64,000 nt of DNA from Octopus vulgaris (taxonomy: Eukaryota): contig OX597826.1 in assembly GCA_951406725.2 (NCBI GenBank), positions 51,894,001 through 51,958,000 of the forward strand, in the 5' to 3' direction. Shown piece by piece: positions 14,017 to 29,570 of the stretch. The first letter of the stretch is position 1, and every line of letters begins with the position of its first letter. The position numbers were made by a program, and so were the translations under genes. The notes under the pieces were generated by a model. The model did not search any database. It was not told the DNA's origin and saw only the letters and a program-made list of their open reading frames with translations.

Positions 14017-15673
14017 TATATGTGTGTGTGTGTGTCTGTATTTACGTTTGTACATCCCCGTAACCTAGCGATTCGAAGAATTTTGGTACCAAGATTAAAC
14101 GACCCACAACGCTTTATCAAACATAAATTTTATATTATCTGCTAAGTAGAATCGAGGTCCGTGTTGTTATCTGTATTTTCAAGCCAGTTGCATTTATTAA
14201 TCCTTTCTTGACACCATTCTGCCGTCGCCCGTCGCCTGTCTCAAACTTCAGAGTGGACACGAAGAGAAGCGTCAGTGCTCCTGAGTTTTTAATATTTTCA
14301 TACGGTTTTCTATTGAAATATAAATTTATTTACTGTAAGTTTCCTACTGAAGCACATGAGGTTAAAATATTCTTCAACACAATTTTTGTTGAAAGTAAGA
14401 AAGAAATAGGAAAACTTGTTTCTTATAGGACTAAATATATCTGAGTAATATGATAAGTTGCCCAGAATGTGTCAGCGCAGTGCTGCTGTTTTCATTAAAA
14501 AAAAATTTCAACCACTATTGTTGTGTAAGCATGAAAAGAAGAGAAATATTTGACATTGAAAAATCAACACTTGCTAATGAGAATATAGATCGTAATGATT
14601 ACGGTCTGATAAAGTCAGATAAGTTTAGACAGCACTGCAAATTTCGTTTGGCAATGTTCCCAAAAAGAATACAATTAATGAAGCGCCAATGCGTCAGTTT
14701 TCGAAAGAAATTCTTAAAGAAAATGTAGTGCTAAGTGATAGATGGTGTAACAGATGGAAATACTTGAAGAATATTGTAAACAAATGCGTAGATAGCTAGG
14801 AATTGTGTTGATATATCATCAGCTGAAGTATATATTACGACAGAATGACTGAAAATTATAGATGATTATTCACTTGGGAATATTTTTGCCGTAGAGAGAA
14901 AAGGTCATTAATTTTGTACAATGCCTGATATTACTTTAATCTTTAAAAGAGTAAGTCGCAATTTTTTGTTCCGCTAATATGAAATGAAAAGACCCAGGGC
15001 TTTTGGTCGTTGCTAACAGTAAATATTCCCGCTGTTTTAAAGAAAGTTTACCCGCTCAATACTATTATATTGCTTTTACAGGGATTACGACCGTTAATTT
15101 TAACAAATGTTTATTTGAGATTTCAAAATAAAGGAAGATATAGCCTAATTGACTTTATGGTGCAGAGAAATAAGCTTTGATTAAAGAACATGTAGCAAAT
15201 TGCATTACCCTCGAACAAAACATCGTCAATCGAAACATATGACCAAAGCATCGGAAAGTAAGTTGAACGAAAACGTTATCCGAAGTCGATATTTAGAGCC
15301 ACAATGTTGCAATTATAATTGCGAAATAAATTTTCTTTTTTGATGCATTGCATACAGCAATGTCACGGAAACAAGGCTATTGAAATTTTTCTTTTTAAAG
15401 ATATTGGTTTTTTTAAAGCAATCAACGAAACTCCTGTTAACAGTGAATTAGTCGTTTTACAGACGAAGCATTTGATAATACTCCAAAACTGAGATTTAGT
15501 TGCCTATTGATAAGAATGTTGAGGTAGAAGCTGGGAGGATTGTATCGAATTTATGTTTAATTTGTAGTCATGTTGGAAAAAACATACCAACCAACTATTT
15601 ATTTTACTTTTTGCTAAATTCGCTCACAAGATATTGGTCAACCAGGAGAGTTAGTAGAAGACACGTGCATGAG

Positions 15674-15715
<42 letters not shown>

Positions 15716-15939
15716 GAGAAAAGAGATGAGAGGGAAACAGGAAGATAGTGAGAGGTGAGAAAGCATAATGAGAAAGAGCACGAAAAAACGAAAAGTATGA
15801 AAATATTTTAAAGACGTGAGACAGTTCCGAAATGATCAGTCTGTTAACATACTGACAGAAACCAATAGAGATTGGAAAATGAATATAAACATAAAATGTG
15901 TTGCATATATATATATATATATATATATATGTTTGTATG

Positions 15940-15970
<31 letters not shown>

Positions 15971-16179
15971 CTATGTATGTGTATGTATCTATGTATGTAT
16001 GTATGTGTGTGTGTATGTGTGTGTATGGAATTACACCGGTATGTTAAATGCCACACAAAAAAATTCTCGAGTAATTAAAATTATGTCTGCCTTTAGAGCT
16101 TGTAACGTAATTCTCAGATGGGAATTATGACCATCAACACTTGAGAAGGGGAGATATTCTCAAAAATTATGTAAACAAC

Positions 16180-16247
<68 letters not shown>

Positions 16248-16561
16248 TGCCTATTACCACTTTAACGTGGATGTCCTCTTAGAGATATTTTCCTCGGGTT
16301 AAATAGCAGTATCATCATCAAGTTTCTGACTTAATAGCTAAAAAACGTTTCTAGACTTATAAAAAACAGAGTAGAAAAAGGGTATGATGAACGTAATTTG
16401 CATAATTTAAACAAAGATGAGCTAAACTTGAAGTGACCAGTAGCATATATTTGAATAACAGGAATAACATACTCTAAAGACGGAGATACTTTTAATTAAT
16501 CAATAACTTTTATTGTGTGACATTTAACATACAAGTAATTCTGTTTGTGTGTGTGTGTGCA

Positions 16562-16647
<86 letters not shown>

Positions 16648-16677
16648 CATACATACATAGATACATTTATATATACA

Positions 16678-16726
<49 letters not shown>

Positions 16727-16744
16727 GCATGTATGTATATATTT

Positions 16745-16855
16745 CTGTGAAGTAAGAAGTTTGCTTCCCGACTGTATGGATCTTTGTTCAGTCCCACTGC
16801 ATGCCACGTTGGGCACGCGTCTTCTACTATACCTTTGGTCCAACTAAGGCCTTGC
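16745..16855 (+). mobile_element. 5' fragment of SINE family B
   Basis: gtaagaagtttgcttccc...gttcagtcccactgc...tcttctactata aligns with the head of the copy at 48220. Confidence 0.6.
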
Positions 16856-16857
16856 CT

Positions 16858-18514
16858 TTTGCCATTCCAGTGATATGGAGGGAGCCGTTTTAATGTCTAT
16901 TATTTTTGAAGAATAAATACAAAATTGCGTATCATAATTTGGATTCTGCAATGAGACTGTTCTTCATAATAGGTGTCTACCATTTCCAGTTCCAGCAGAT
17001 GATGGTATTGAAGCATTAGATAATGATGCTGAGTGTCACGATAGTGCTGCTGAGGAAGATCACGTGGCTGATGGTGATAGCTTTGAACCTCAGAAATTTT
17101 CCCAAGCTGAACTGAATGACCTTGTCAGAGACATGACCTTCTCAAAAGAGAAACACAACTGTTGGCATCAAGACTGGAGAAGTATCTGCTAGAGCACGGT
17201 TTTAGTATAACTTATTTTCGACAGCAATGTGTGGTTCTACAAATGTGGCTTTCTGTTGAAGGCCTGCTTCGCTTTTGCATTAACATCGATGGACTCTTCG
17301 AATGTTTATCACACAGTCATAATCCTGCAGAGTGCTGTTTGTTTATTGACCCTTCAAAGAACAACGTTTAAAAGCTGTACTTCTCCATAATGGTAATTTG
17401 AAGCCCTGCATTCATTCCTATTTCACACTCCATTCATCTTCATGAATCATATGAGGATATGGAACGTGTACTTCATGCCATTGCCTATGAAAGATACTCA
17501 TAGAAAATATGTGGAGATTAAAAGTCATTGCAATGTTAATGGGAAAGCAGTCAGGTTTCACAAAATACTGTTGTTTTTTGTGTTTATGAGGTAGTCGGGC
17601 AACTGACTGACATTATTCGGAATCAAACTGGCAAACAATAACATCATACCAGACAGGACTGTCTAGCGTCAAGAATACACTTCTTATAGATCCATGTAAT
17701 GTCCTACTGCCTCGTTTGCACATAACGCTTGGACTGATGCAACACTTTGTAAAGACACTTGGGAAGAGAAACGTGAGTTTCTCAAAATCACACAGGCAAT
17801 GTTGAAAGAGGCTATCTTTGTCGGATCCCAAAATTGGAGAAGTACTCAAAGATGTCAACTTCAAGACAACACTGGATGAACTGGAACTGCCTGCCTAGAA
17901 TGCTTTCAATTGGATCTGTGAGAATTTATTGAGCAACAAGGATGGCATCAAGAATCTTCTGAAATGTTTCTCAGCAATGGATTGTCGCATGTCACTGAAA
18001 ATCTACTTGGACTCCCAACTGGATTTCTTCGCAGATAACCTTGGAGCAGTGTCTGATAAAAACTGTGAAAGATTTCACCAGGACATTAGTACTATGGCGA
18101 AACGGTAACACGGCTTCTGGAATGACAGTTTGCTCGCTGACTACTGCTGGACGCTTCACCATGATCAACCAGATCACGAACATCGCAGGAAATCCAAATT
18201 ACAATGTTTCTAACTCTATTGTTCTAACGTTGTCTGTTTTGTCTGACACATTTTTTGTGCATTCACTCTTTGTAAAATAATAGTGATGATTTTTAACTCA
18301 ATAAACTAATTTACTTTCGAAAAATATGTCTTTATTGATTGCATTAATAATTTCATATACACAAATATGTAAATATTTGTATGTATCTACTGAAAAAACT
18401 GATACGTGCTGCATACAAATGGAGTGAAATTTTGAAATCAGCATGAAAAATTAGTCTAAAAAAGTTGGTTATCAATCATAATGAGTATAGTACATTAAAT
18501 TTTGTTGACCAGTT
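16858..18514 (+). mobile_element. Chapaev3-like (CMC/Transib-related) DNA transposon relic
   Basis: Frameshifted FSQAELNDLVRD, LFIDPSK..LKAVLLHNGN, ICGD.KVIAML.G.QSGFTKYCCFLC, LHITLGLMQHFVK, IFVGSQ, MDCRMSLK, FFADNLGAVSD..CERFHQDI and LADYCW. Terminus-like ttgttgaccagt at ~18502-18513. Confidence 0.75.
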
Positions 18515-18677
18515 TTATTTATTATCAGGGAAATTCCCTTTGTTTCAGATCGACTCTTACAACAAAAGACGAGGCCTCCTTCGACAAATCCACAATTACA
18601 GCTAGTGGTGCATTAGCAACAACAGCTTCAAATGATTGTTGTTGTTATTGCTTTATTTTTTTCGTTTCGGTTTATCA

Positions 18678-19059
18678 TGATGGAAGCACTCCGTAGGTTA
18701 CGACGATGAGGGTTTCGGTTGATCCGAATCAACGGAACAGCCTGCTCGTGAAATTAACGTGTAAGTGGCTGAGCACTCCACAGACACGTGTACCCTTAAC
18801 GTAGTTCTCGTGGATATTCAGAGAGTGACAAGGCCGGCCCCTTGAAATACAGGTGCAACAGAAACAGGAAGTAAGAGTGAGAGAAAGTTGTGGTGAAAGA
18901 GTACAGCAGGGATCACCACCAACCCCTGCCGGAGCCTCGTGGAGCTTTTTTTAGGTGTTTTCGCTCAATAAACACTCACAACGCCCGGCCTGGGAATCGA
19001 AACCGCGATCCTATGACCGCGAGTCCGCTGCCCTAACCACTGGGCCATTGCGCCTCCAC
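18678..19059 (-). mobile_element. tRNA-derived SINE (family C), full length
   Basis: Minus-strand head gtggaggcgcaatggcccagtggttagggcag...ggtttcgattccc with A and B boxes. Perfect 12-bp TSD ttcggtttatca at 18666-18677 and 19060-19071. Confidence 0.9.
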
Positions 19060-20734
19060 TTCGGTTTATCAACACTCTGGTCAAATGAAGTCTAACTTCT
19101 TTCTGTTACTCAATTCTTTTTACTAAATACCTTTCCGTTCTCATCTTCATTCTGTCTTTAGTATTACCCATATGCTAAAACATTTATGATATATTAGACG
19201 GTTACTTAGACTATTTACGATATTATGAGTGCTTACCTATTAGACTTTAGTAGGAAAGCTAATGACACGAGAAGTGGCTGATGTGTTTTCCCACGTAGGC
19301 GTAAGGAATTTTGCTTCGCGTAATCTCTTCATCACCTTTTAGGTAATGGTAAAAGTCCCACTATCTCATACTTCTGTTCTATAAATGATTTTAATGAATC
19401 AGGAAAAAAGAAAAACATTGTTCAACTCATTTGCTGGAGCATTGCCATAGATTTAATATACGTGGGAGACAGAATTGTTGTAATATCAAAGAATTTCGGC
19501 ATTTATAAGTGTGCAACTGTTTGAAGGGATATCTCAAACTAGTTCAATTCTTGGAGATACCCCGTCAGTTCACTTACATTGCTATCAATTTTTGAGAGTA
19601 GCGTAGATGCCAAATAATGATTTTTGTGGCATCTAAGTCATTCTGGATAAGAAAAAAATAAGTTTGCGACGTAAGTGGAACTGCCAATAATATTGTTCTG
19701 TTTCTTTACAAATATAAAACCTCCTGTTTTTGAAATGAGTCATTATTGGTGCTCTAGAGTGTAAAAATAAAATATACTAGCTTACTTAAAACATAGCAGT
19801 ATTTCTTTAATATAGTCAGATTTTTTTACATTACATCATCTATCAGTCAATAACAGAAATAAAACGAGCAAGCAGGTCTTCTGTTACCACACACATACGT
19901 AAAAAAATGCACTATCGAATATGTAAGTAGACCCTTTGGAATTCTTGAAATCAATTCCTAATCACGGAAGTTATAAATTCTCTTGGATTCTTTTGTCAGC
20001 GTCTACGTCAGCTTTGATTATGTAAAGAAAACAAGAAATCAATATTTAAGGATGTTCTTCATCGATACCTTGAAGTTGAATAGTTTCTATTTCATCTCTG
20101 TCGGATGAATGCCAAATCGAATATCGTTCGATATCCATGATTTAAGTCTTACCCAGAGAAATTGTTCAAGTGCTTTCAACTTGGATATTAGTTCCTAAGT
20201 TCTCTTTACATTTTCTTTAGCTTTTAATGAAATATTTAGTATGACTTCATCCTTCAGCTGTTGCTGTAGGCTGGCGGACTAGAGGAAAGTGAAGCAGTCT
20301 CTCTCACTCTTTCTCTACTATACATATATATATCTATATATATACATACATATATATATACATATATATACACATGTACTCACACACATATACATGTACA
20401 TATATGTATGTATGTATATATATACACATATAAACATAAGCATGGAGAGTGGGTGGGACAGAGAGATGGGTAATAAAGACAGAGGAAAATATCAGTAGAT
20501 TTGTGCTTAATGCTCTATGCGAGTAAATAGTCCCATCTTTAGTGCTTAGAATGAATCAAGTGATTTCAAATATTATCTTCGTCAAATCAAAGAGACATGG
20601 TTATTTTGATTGTGGAAGCGGTACTAACGTAGATGGTTATATAATGGCTGTGAAAACGGCGGCTATGATCTCTCTGGTAGTAATGACCATAATGGTAGTA
20701 ATGACCATAACCAAAAACAATGTGTAAATGTATA

Positions 20735-20794
<60 letters not shown>

Positions 20795-20804
20795 CACACA
20801 TGCG

Positions 20805-20856
<52 letters not shown>

Positions 20857-21512
20857 CACACATACAAAGATATACATACAAATATTTAACCTGTTAGGTA
20901 TGTTTACGTATTTAAATATGTGTCTTTGCCTGTGTATCTATACTTGTCTATAGGTATATTTTATTCGTATATATCTGTATGTGTACATATACATTCTCAC
21001 TACTAGATCTATTTAATCTTTCTCTGCTTGTTGGTATGCCAATCAGTATATACATTTTCGAATTAATCTTATTCCATTTATGGAAGAAGCCCCTGTTTAT
21101 CATCCCTTATAGATATGCTTTCTCATTTGTACCGTCTTTCGTGTGTATTTTCATAAATATTGTTGCTCTCCCAAATAAATTTTCGAAACTGCGATCAAGC
21201 TATCAACTCTGAGTCCACTGGTTCTGAAAGCTGAAACAGCTATAAGCTAATGAAGGTCACAACAAAATCTTTTGTATCTTTGTCAACTCTGTTTCCTACT
21301 GCGGCTCTGTACACGATTAACAATTATCCAGAAGCATACGTGCATTGAGTTCTACGCCAGGTTATAAGTATCGCAATTCCTCTCAACCTGCGTTCCTGTC
21401 GGGATTTTATCCATAATTTTGTGGTCATAGAACTTAGCTGCTCTCTCTAGCGTGTTGAATCCCACGAGTGGATTCCTTATGAGTTTAAATGTACACTGTA
21501 TTTTTTGAGTTT

Positions 21513-21572
<60 letters not shown>

Positions 21573-21578
<6 letters not shown>

Positions 21579-22700
21579 CCTCTCTTTAGACATTCACTTC
21601 GTACATGCAAGCTCAATTTGATTCGTTCTCAGTCGAAAGACTCCTGTTGTTATTTCTTGTTTGTATTCGCAATTGTGTACTATGTTCTCCGTTTTCTGTC
21701 TTTGTTACAATGGGGTCTAATGCTCTTAGCTTAGACTTTTGGGCGTGGGGCAACCAGATCGAATCATCTCAAGTGTAACTGTCCGAAATAGTCGTGACGT
21801 CTGGCACTTGACTGTTGAAACAAGGCCACGAATGACATGTTTTTTGCCTTTACTTCTAATTGTTGTTTCTCTTGTGCACCTTTGCATCGGCTATCTGTCT
21901 GAACTTTTTTATCGTCCTCTGTTGCGTTTTTGTTCCATTTTTATATTTATATATACATATAGCGACGTACGTACACATTTGTGCTCACCTTACAGTAGGT
22001 ACGTATCTAAATTCTGTACGACTATTACTCTGTCTTTTAATCCCCTCTCACTTTCTTCCCTTTTTCTTTTTCTCGCTCCCCCTCTCTCTCTCACATTTCT
22101 TGGCCCTCTCTTTCTCTAGCTCCCACTATTTCCCACTCGTTTATATCCCCTATACCTTTCCTTTTTTGTCTGATTTTTTCTTCTAATCCTTCAATCCCGC
22201 TGTCCCCTACCCATATCTCCCCCTTCCGGCCAGCCATGATCTGTGTCCAGCCAGCCATGATATTTCTTTCATCGCTTGACCGCTGACCATCAACACCTCT
22301 TATGTCCATCACGTATGTTCCTGCCTTTAGGCATTCACTTCATACACCCCAGCTCAATTTGATTCGTTCTCAGTCGAAAGACATCTGTTGTTATTGTTGT
22401 TTGTATTCTTAATTGCGTACCGTGTTCTCCGTTTTTTGTCCTTGTTGTCATACAGATTCGCTAGCTTTATTACACAGGAGTCTAATGCTCTTAGCTTAGA
22501 CTTTTTGGGGAGCAACCAGATCGAACCATCTCAAGTGTAACTGCCCGAAATGGTCGTGACGTCTGGCACTTGACTGGGGAAAGAAGGCCACGGATGACCC
22601 GTCGTTTTTGCCTGTCCTTCTAATTGTTGTTTTTGTTATCCGTCTTTGTATTGCCTATCTGCCCGAATGTTTTTATTGTCCTCTACTGCGTTTTTTCCAT
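21573..22700 (+). repeat. Diverged ~370-bp direct repeat pair (21573-21938 and 22314-22700), pseudo-LTR-like
   Basis: Both copies contain agctcaatttgattcgttctcagtcgaaagac, tctaatgctcttagcttagactttt and gtcgtgacgtctggcacttgactg. The first starts directly after a (TA)n tract. Confidence 0.85.
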
Positions 22701-22701
22701 A

Positions 22702-23490
<789 letters not shown>

Positions 23491-25029
23491 AATTAATATG
23501 AACATATTTGAGAAAAGTCTTTTCTCGCAATATTTTTTCTTGAGTGAGAGAAAATCGAGAACAGAAAAAGTTATATTTTTGTAAGAGAAAGAATTTAATG
23601 AAAAAGAAAATGTATACACGATTACCTTGTGACAATTAACATATAATTATATTTAATGAAGTTGTACACAAGATTTGCACCGTATAGCCTTCTATTGGAG
23701 CTTTTGGGAATTACGTAATTATGAAGGAGACATGAAGGTACGTCGTAGGAGGAAGGACGTCAGGAATATAAATAGAAATCATTAATTATACAGAGTATTG
23801 CGATGTGAGAGATTTTGATGATTTTGTTCAGTACTTCAGCGCATGAAATAGTTGAAGTTTTTGTCGATATTTATCTGCACGTTAATTCAGGTTGAGTATA
23901 CCTAACTTGGAAGTTATGTCAAACAAAATATTCGTATCTTTGTTATCAGCATCTAACACTACATTACCTCAGGCATCCTTCCTTGCTCAAAAATGTAGGG
24001 AGATTATTTGGTAGTTAATTTTGCAAATACAGTCACCACATAACAACACCAGTGTAGGCACAAAACTATTTCAGATATTTACACTAGTTTACGTTTAAAA
24101 CATTTAGATAATGTAATACTTCTAAAAGAAATTTATTTTACAACTTATGTTTCGCATATTAAGGATATGAAGTTTAGAATTGAGACTGGTGTATAACACG
24201 AGGAATTTCATACAATCCATCATGTTAAAAGTGGAGGAAAGCGTATCATTATGCTATCGTGTAAATAAGAATACTACTGAGAATTTTAGGTATAAAAAGT
24301 AAGAGGTTGACAATGTATTTGAGATCGTTGTTACACGAAGAAATATATTTTGCCATAAAATATATAATTATTTGTGCGAAATATTCTATCATTATTGTTA
24401 TATAGAAAAATATGTCGTATAAAAAAAAAATAAGTAATTTATTTTTCGAGGTTTCAGGGGCAGCTGTGCGGGTTGTTATTAGAGCAGTGACATAGCGCGG
24501 TGCAGGGCCATCCTTTGTGGAGGTCCATTTGAACCCCTCTTCTTAAAAAAACATAAGTTTGACGACAGCAAAGGCGTTGATATAAAATGGCCGTTCTTTG
24601 TGATCCGCACACCTTGCACACTCCATGTTACCTCACATTATTAGAGAAGAAACTTGTGGGAAATTATATGCATTGTAGTCCCTGTTACTGTTGTTATTTT
24701 TTCTCTTCAAGTTACCATTGACAGAATTATGACCGAGTAGACCTCTAACTTATTTATATGTGAATCAAACTCTACACTATGTAATAGGTTTTATTTTATT
24801 TTTTAAGACAGCAAAAACGACACTTCAAGGAGAATTGGTTGCTATTTCTAAATGTTCAGTAATCTCGTAACGGTACTCTCTTTACAAAGTGTCAAGAGGT
24901 AATGTAAACATTGGTGATGATCAGTTTATAAATATACCTAAATATGTCATTGGTTGATTAGATTTATTATCTCACATGAAGAACATGCTAGATATACTTT
25001 TTTATTTTTATTCTTTTATTTGTTTGGAC

Positions 25030-25241
25030 ATTACCAACCCGGCTGAAACCGGATCTGGCTCTCAGTACAAATGTCTTGTTTCATAAGTTTTGAATTAAAA
25101 TCTTCCACCAAACCTTAGTCACAATTTATGTTCCTAACACCTGCTGAATGATAACTAAGTTACTTTACTGAATTCTTTGTTATATTTAAAGTAATTGAAA
25201 GAAACACAGAGCATCTCAAAATAAATACAGTAACGAAAGGG
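25030..25241. mobile_element. Non-autonomous DNA transposon fragment (piggyBac-like end) beside a SINE
   Basis: Ends in gtaacgaaaggg, the reverse complement of a CCCTT-type terminus. The left end is truncated and no TTAA is retained. Confidence 0.35.
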
Positions 25242-25244
25242 AAG

Positions 25245-25416
25245 ACTTTAGTCGAAGAAATTGACCCCAGGACTTAATTTTTAAGACTACTTATTTTCTT
25301 GGTTTTCTTTTGCCGAACCGCTAAAATACGGGGACGTAGACACATCAACACCGGTTGTCAGGCGGTGATACGTGACAAACAGAGACACAAAGTCACACGC
25401 ACAGATACACTCACAC

Positions 25417-25447
<31 letters not shown>

Positions 25448-25610
25448 TACGCATACGCCGTACTTCTTTCAGTTTCCGTCTACCAAATCCACTCACAAGG
25501 TCTTGGTCTGCCCGAAGCTATAATGGAAGACCCTGGCATGCAGTGGGGCTGAAGCCGGGGTCTTTTGGAAAAGAATCAAGCTTCTTACCACATAACCACG
25601 CCTGCACTCG
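25245..25610 (-). mobile_element. SINE family B copy
   Basis: Reverse complement of 48220-48647 (ttgccgaaccgctaa...ttcagtttccgtctaccaaatccactcacaagg). Confidence 0.85.
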
Positions 25611-27153
25611 CAGATAGAAATGTCTAAAAAATGTTGTGATAGTGGCTGTTATTTATCCCTGTGGCTGTCTTGATCAAGTGGACCTATCCTCAAAAACACT
25701 CCAGCCAACCGTTACAGCATGAATATCCCTTTCATAGAGGCATCTTCGTTAGTTCCAATATTATAATTAGTTGGGCAGCAGTGTGCATCTTGTTAGTTAT
25801 ATGATTTTCGTTGTTGTGATGGTGGTGCTAGGAAAATGTATTGCGTGTCTTGTTGCTTAGTTCCTCTTGTATTTGAAATGTTTTATTCGAAATAATTCTC
25901 ATAGGGATAGTCTTCGGAATATGATGTTATATACATGCATGCATACATACATACATAATACATACATGCATAAATACGTATATATATATATATATTCATA
26001 TATATATATATATATATATATGTATGCGTATATATATACATATATAATGTAATATAATATAATATATACATATATATTAAGATACGTGTGAGCATGTATG
26101 TATACATACATGTAAACACATACACATATATATGAACGTGTACATATATATACATCTACATACACATCCATATGTATATGTGTATATACACCATATACAT
26201 ATATGTATCAATACACACACACGTTCGCGTACAGTTATGCATATATTCCGTTAATTAATGACGTAATTGGCTTTGAAAGTTCTAATTTTAGTCGAGGGAT
26301 TGCTATGTTAAGAAAAAAACATTGAATATCTTGTAGTTATATTTAGGTCTTACCAATCAATGTATACGTAATTGAGTTATCTTAACTGGTTTTCTCTTTT
26401 TAACGTTCCTCATACTTTTTTTTATAGTATTGCAGATGTTTCTCTATATTATTACTGCAATTGAGTATACTAGAATTCGTAAAAGTTCTTTTTTGATCAT
26501 TCAATATCATGGTTAATTTAAGAATGATGCAGATATACAAGAAAGGGGGGCTCCTCACAAAATAAAATTAGAAGTATTTCATGTTGAAATGTCTAAGTTC
26601 CTAACTGATATATCGTTAAGGATTTTTTTTTTATTTATTTCGTCTTCTTCCTTCGAGATTGACAATTTATTTAGCAATAACACATCTCAGCCCTTGATAT
26701 TTTTCAATATCGTTTCGAGCCAACGCGAAAACATCTATAAAGTGCTGCTGCTACCAAAGTAACCAAGTCTGCCTTAAATTACAACCTACATGGTTTATTT
26801 TAATATAGAAAAACGATGGGATAATCGCGCGGGTAATATGTTTGTGTGTAGATCACGAACAGGTCAGATTACAAGATAAGCGAAAATAACAAGAATTACA
26901 TTTTCTACCATAGGCATAATGCCAGTGTTTTTGGAATGGGTTTCACCGATAAACCAACCAACCCTAGTATATGACTGGTACTCTGGGAGGATGAAAGAAA
27001 GGTTGAGTGTTGCGGAATTTATACTCAGAATGCAAATAGTCTGAACACAGACACAGATCACCATTCAACCGTATACCTTGATAAAGAAAAGAATAATATA
27101 TGTAACTGCACGGCTGAAACGAATGAAAGAAAAAAAGAATAATAAGGTATATG

Positions 27154-27204
<51 letters not shown>

Positions 27205-29570
27205 CTTTAAACGTTTTATAATGTTCCAAATTTTCATTTATTTTATGTCTTCTATAATTGCAGAGGTACTTTTGTGTATTTTCAAGAACCTTAGTAATAA
27301 TTCCACCATTAGTCATATATCTATGTTTTAATGGGCCATAATAAAGCTATTTCTCGTTTTTGTGATGAAAATTCATGTTTCATTTAGAATTTCTGTAATC
27401 AAGAGAGTTATTATTGTTATTGTCATAAAAAAGTGCTTCATTTCGAATGGAATCAACGTTGGCAAAGACATCAATAACTTCAAACAAAATACTGATTTCA
27501 AAACATTGGTGCAAAAACGCTTTTTGAAGCAGTGTGTATTCAATTAAAGCGATCCCATCACTTAAGTGGAACTTTAGTTTAACGGTATCAGAATGACGAA
27601 ATTTCAAAATAAACGCGCCGGTATTCGAACTCATTCTGCAAATGACTATAAACAAATATAGCAAGACATTGTAACCATCATTCTACCGATTCTACTTAAC
27701 TGTTGCTACTTGAAACAAAATATTGATTTCTCCTTTCTGGCCTCACTTAGAAAGTGTGAAGCCAATGGAATTGATTTGTACTTCTGCATTCCATCTGCGA
27801 GAGATGAAAGGTAACCTCAGGGGTTCGCATTTAAATTCTATAAAGGGTTTAGTTTCTGTCAACTCTTCTTGCTAAATCAAAATACAAAAACATTTCTTCT
27901 TGTGTAAGCAAACGTTTGTAGTCGGATTAATTAAGTTCTACAGAAATACTGGAATATATATTTGTGGAGATATATTGAGGTGTCCTGTTTAGGGTACCTC
28001 GCCGTTTTAAATGTCTTGGTGCTTAGCGTCAGATTAGCTCTCTTCGAGCAAACGCAGGATCAAACACGAACTAACCATACCCACTCTGTCCATTTTAGAG
28101 AATCGACTACGTTATACTCTGTTTTCATTCATTTTTAAGTAGTATGTAATTTCAGGGGGATTTGGTTGCTATATCATGCAATCGAGGGAGCATGTAGAAA
28201 CAACTTTACGTCTAATTTTCTGGTGATATAGAAACTAGTTGACCCAACAAGATATTCAATTTTATGCACATGAGCTACAATTTCTAATTCCTTGTTGATG
28301 GTGAAATATATTTCAATACAATACACATTTCGTCACACTTCCTGAGTCCATATGGTCCTTGGAATATGCCTTTCATCAACCAGGAATATTCATCCTCATG
28401 TAAAACCCGATGCATTTTCTCATTTCGCCTTCCGTTTCGATTAGCTATCCAGTATTGTTTAGTTATCGTTAGTGGTGTCGGTGTCTGCTACTGTTAATTG
28501 CATCCTTAAAAGCATCCAACACAAGATGATAGTCGTTTATAGCTTGCAGAGATTCCTGTACATGGCAACAATGAAGTATTAAACATTATTCAGTTTCCTT
28601 TCTCCGTGTCCTAATTTTCGTAGATACACTTTTAGCTTCATTTAATTACTGACAAAGACAAGTTTCACTGTGGGAAGATATTTTTACTTGAATCGATACC
28701 AATACGTTTCTGTATACTATAAGATGTTGATAAACCTGGGTCAGCCCTGATTCTTGAGATCTGTGATCGACTGCATTCCAGCTCTAAGCCTCACGTCTGT
28801 TTCGACATCACTCACTACGTGTTTCTATATGTTCCTTGTTTTATTAAGCTCTTTTCTACATATTAGGCATAGAAACATGACAAAAATTCCTATTTCTCCC
28901 TACTGTGGCAAAATGAATAGCTTTAATAAATTTTTGACCGTCGTTGGAGTTCAAAAAATCCCAGAGGAACAAGCAGCCAGTCCGTTTAAATACACATCAA
29001 ATGTACTAGCTCCAGAAACTTGGAGTCACGAATTTCTACACTATAAGTGTTTAACACTTTATTTAATATTAGAGGCCAGTCAAAGGATAATCTACCCCAC
29101 ATAACAACAATATATTATACTTCATGAAATAAACATTTCTTGCATGTGTGTGTATAAAATTTAGTGATACTCTTCTCAGAATTTTAGTTTCTTTTATTTC
29201 AATATTACTCTTATCAATTATTGGATTTCCTTTATTTTATTAATTCCACTTTCAGCAAAAACACGTTTGATAGCGAAATGTTGCGTTGCATTAAATCGAT
29301 CAAATATGTTTTGGTAAATATTCAAAATATTATGAAGGCTTTTAGCCTCGTGGTTAGAGTGTTAAGATAATGATCATTATGTTACGGGTTCGCTTGCTGG
29401 ACAGAGTAGCGCGTTGTATCTCTGAGCAAATCACTTTATTTCACGTTGTTTTGTAGTTACTTATCTGAAATTGGGTCCTAGCCAAGAGTTAGAGTAGTTC
29501 TCTCTTTTACGCCAGGTTTCATATACTGGATGTGTTACTGGGCCAACAAGTGGATTAGACGAGAGGCTTT

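Noticed and set aside
18985-19059. tRNA-like sequence on the minus strand
   Set aside because: It is the head of a TSD-flanked SINE, with no proper acceptor stem.
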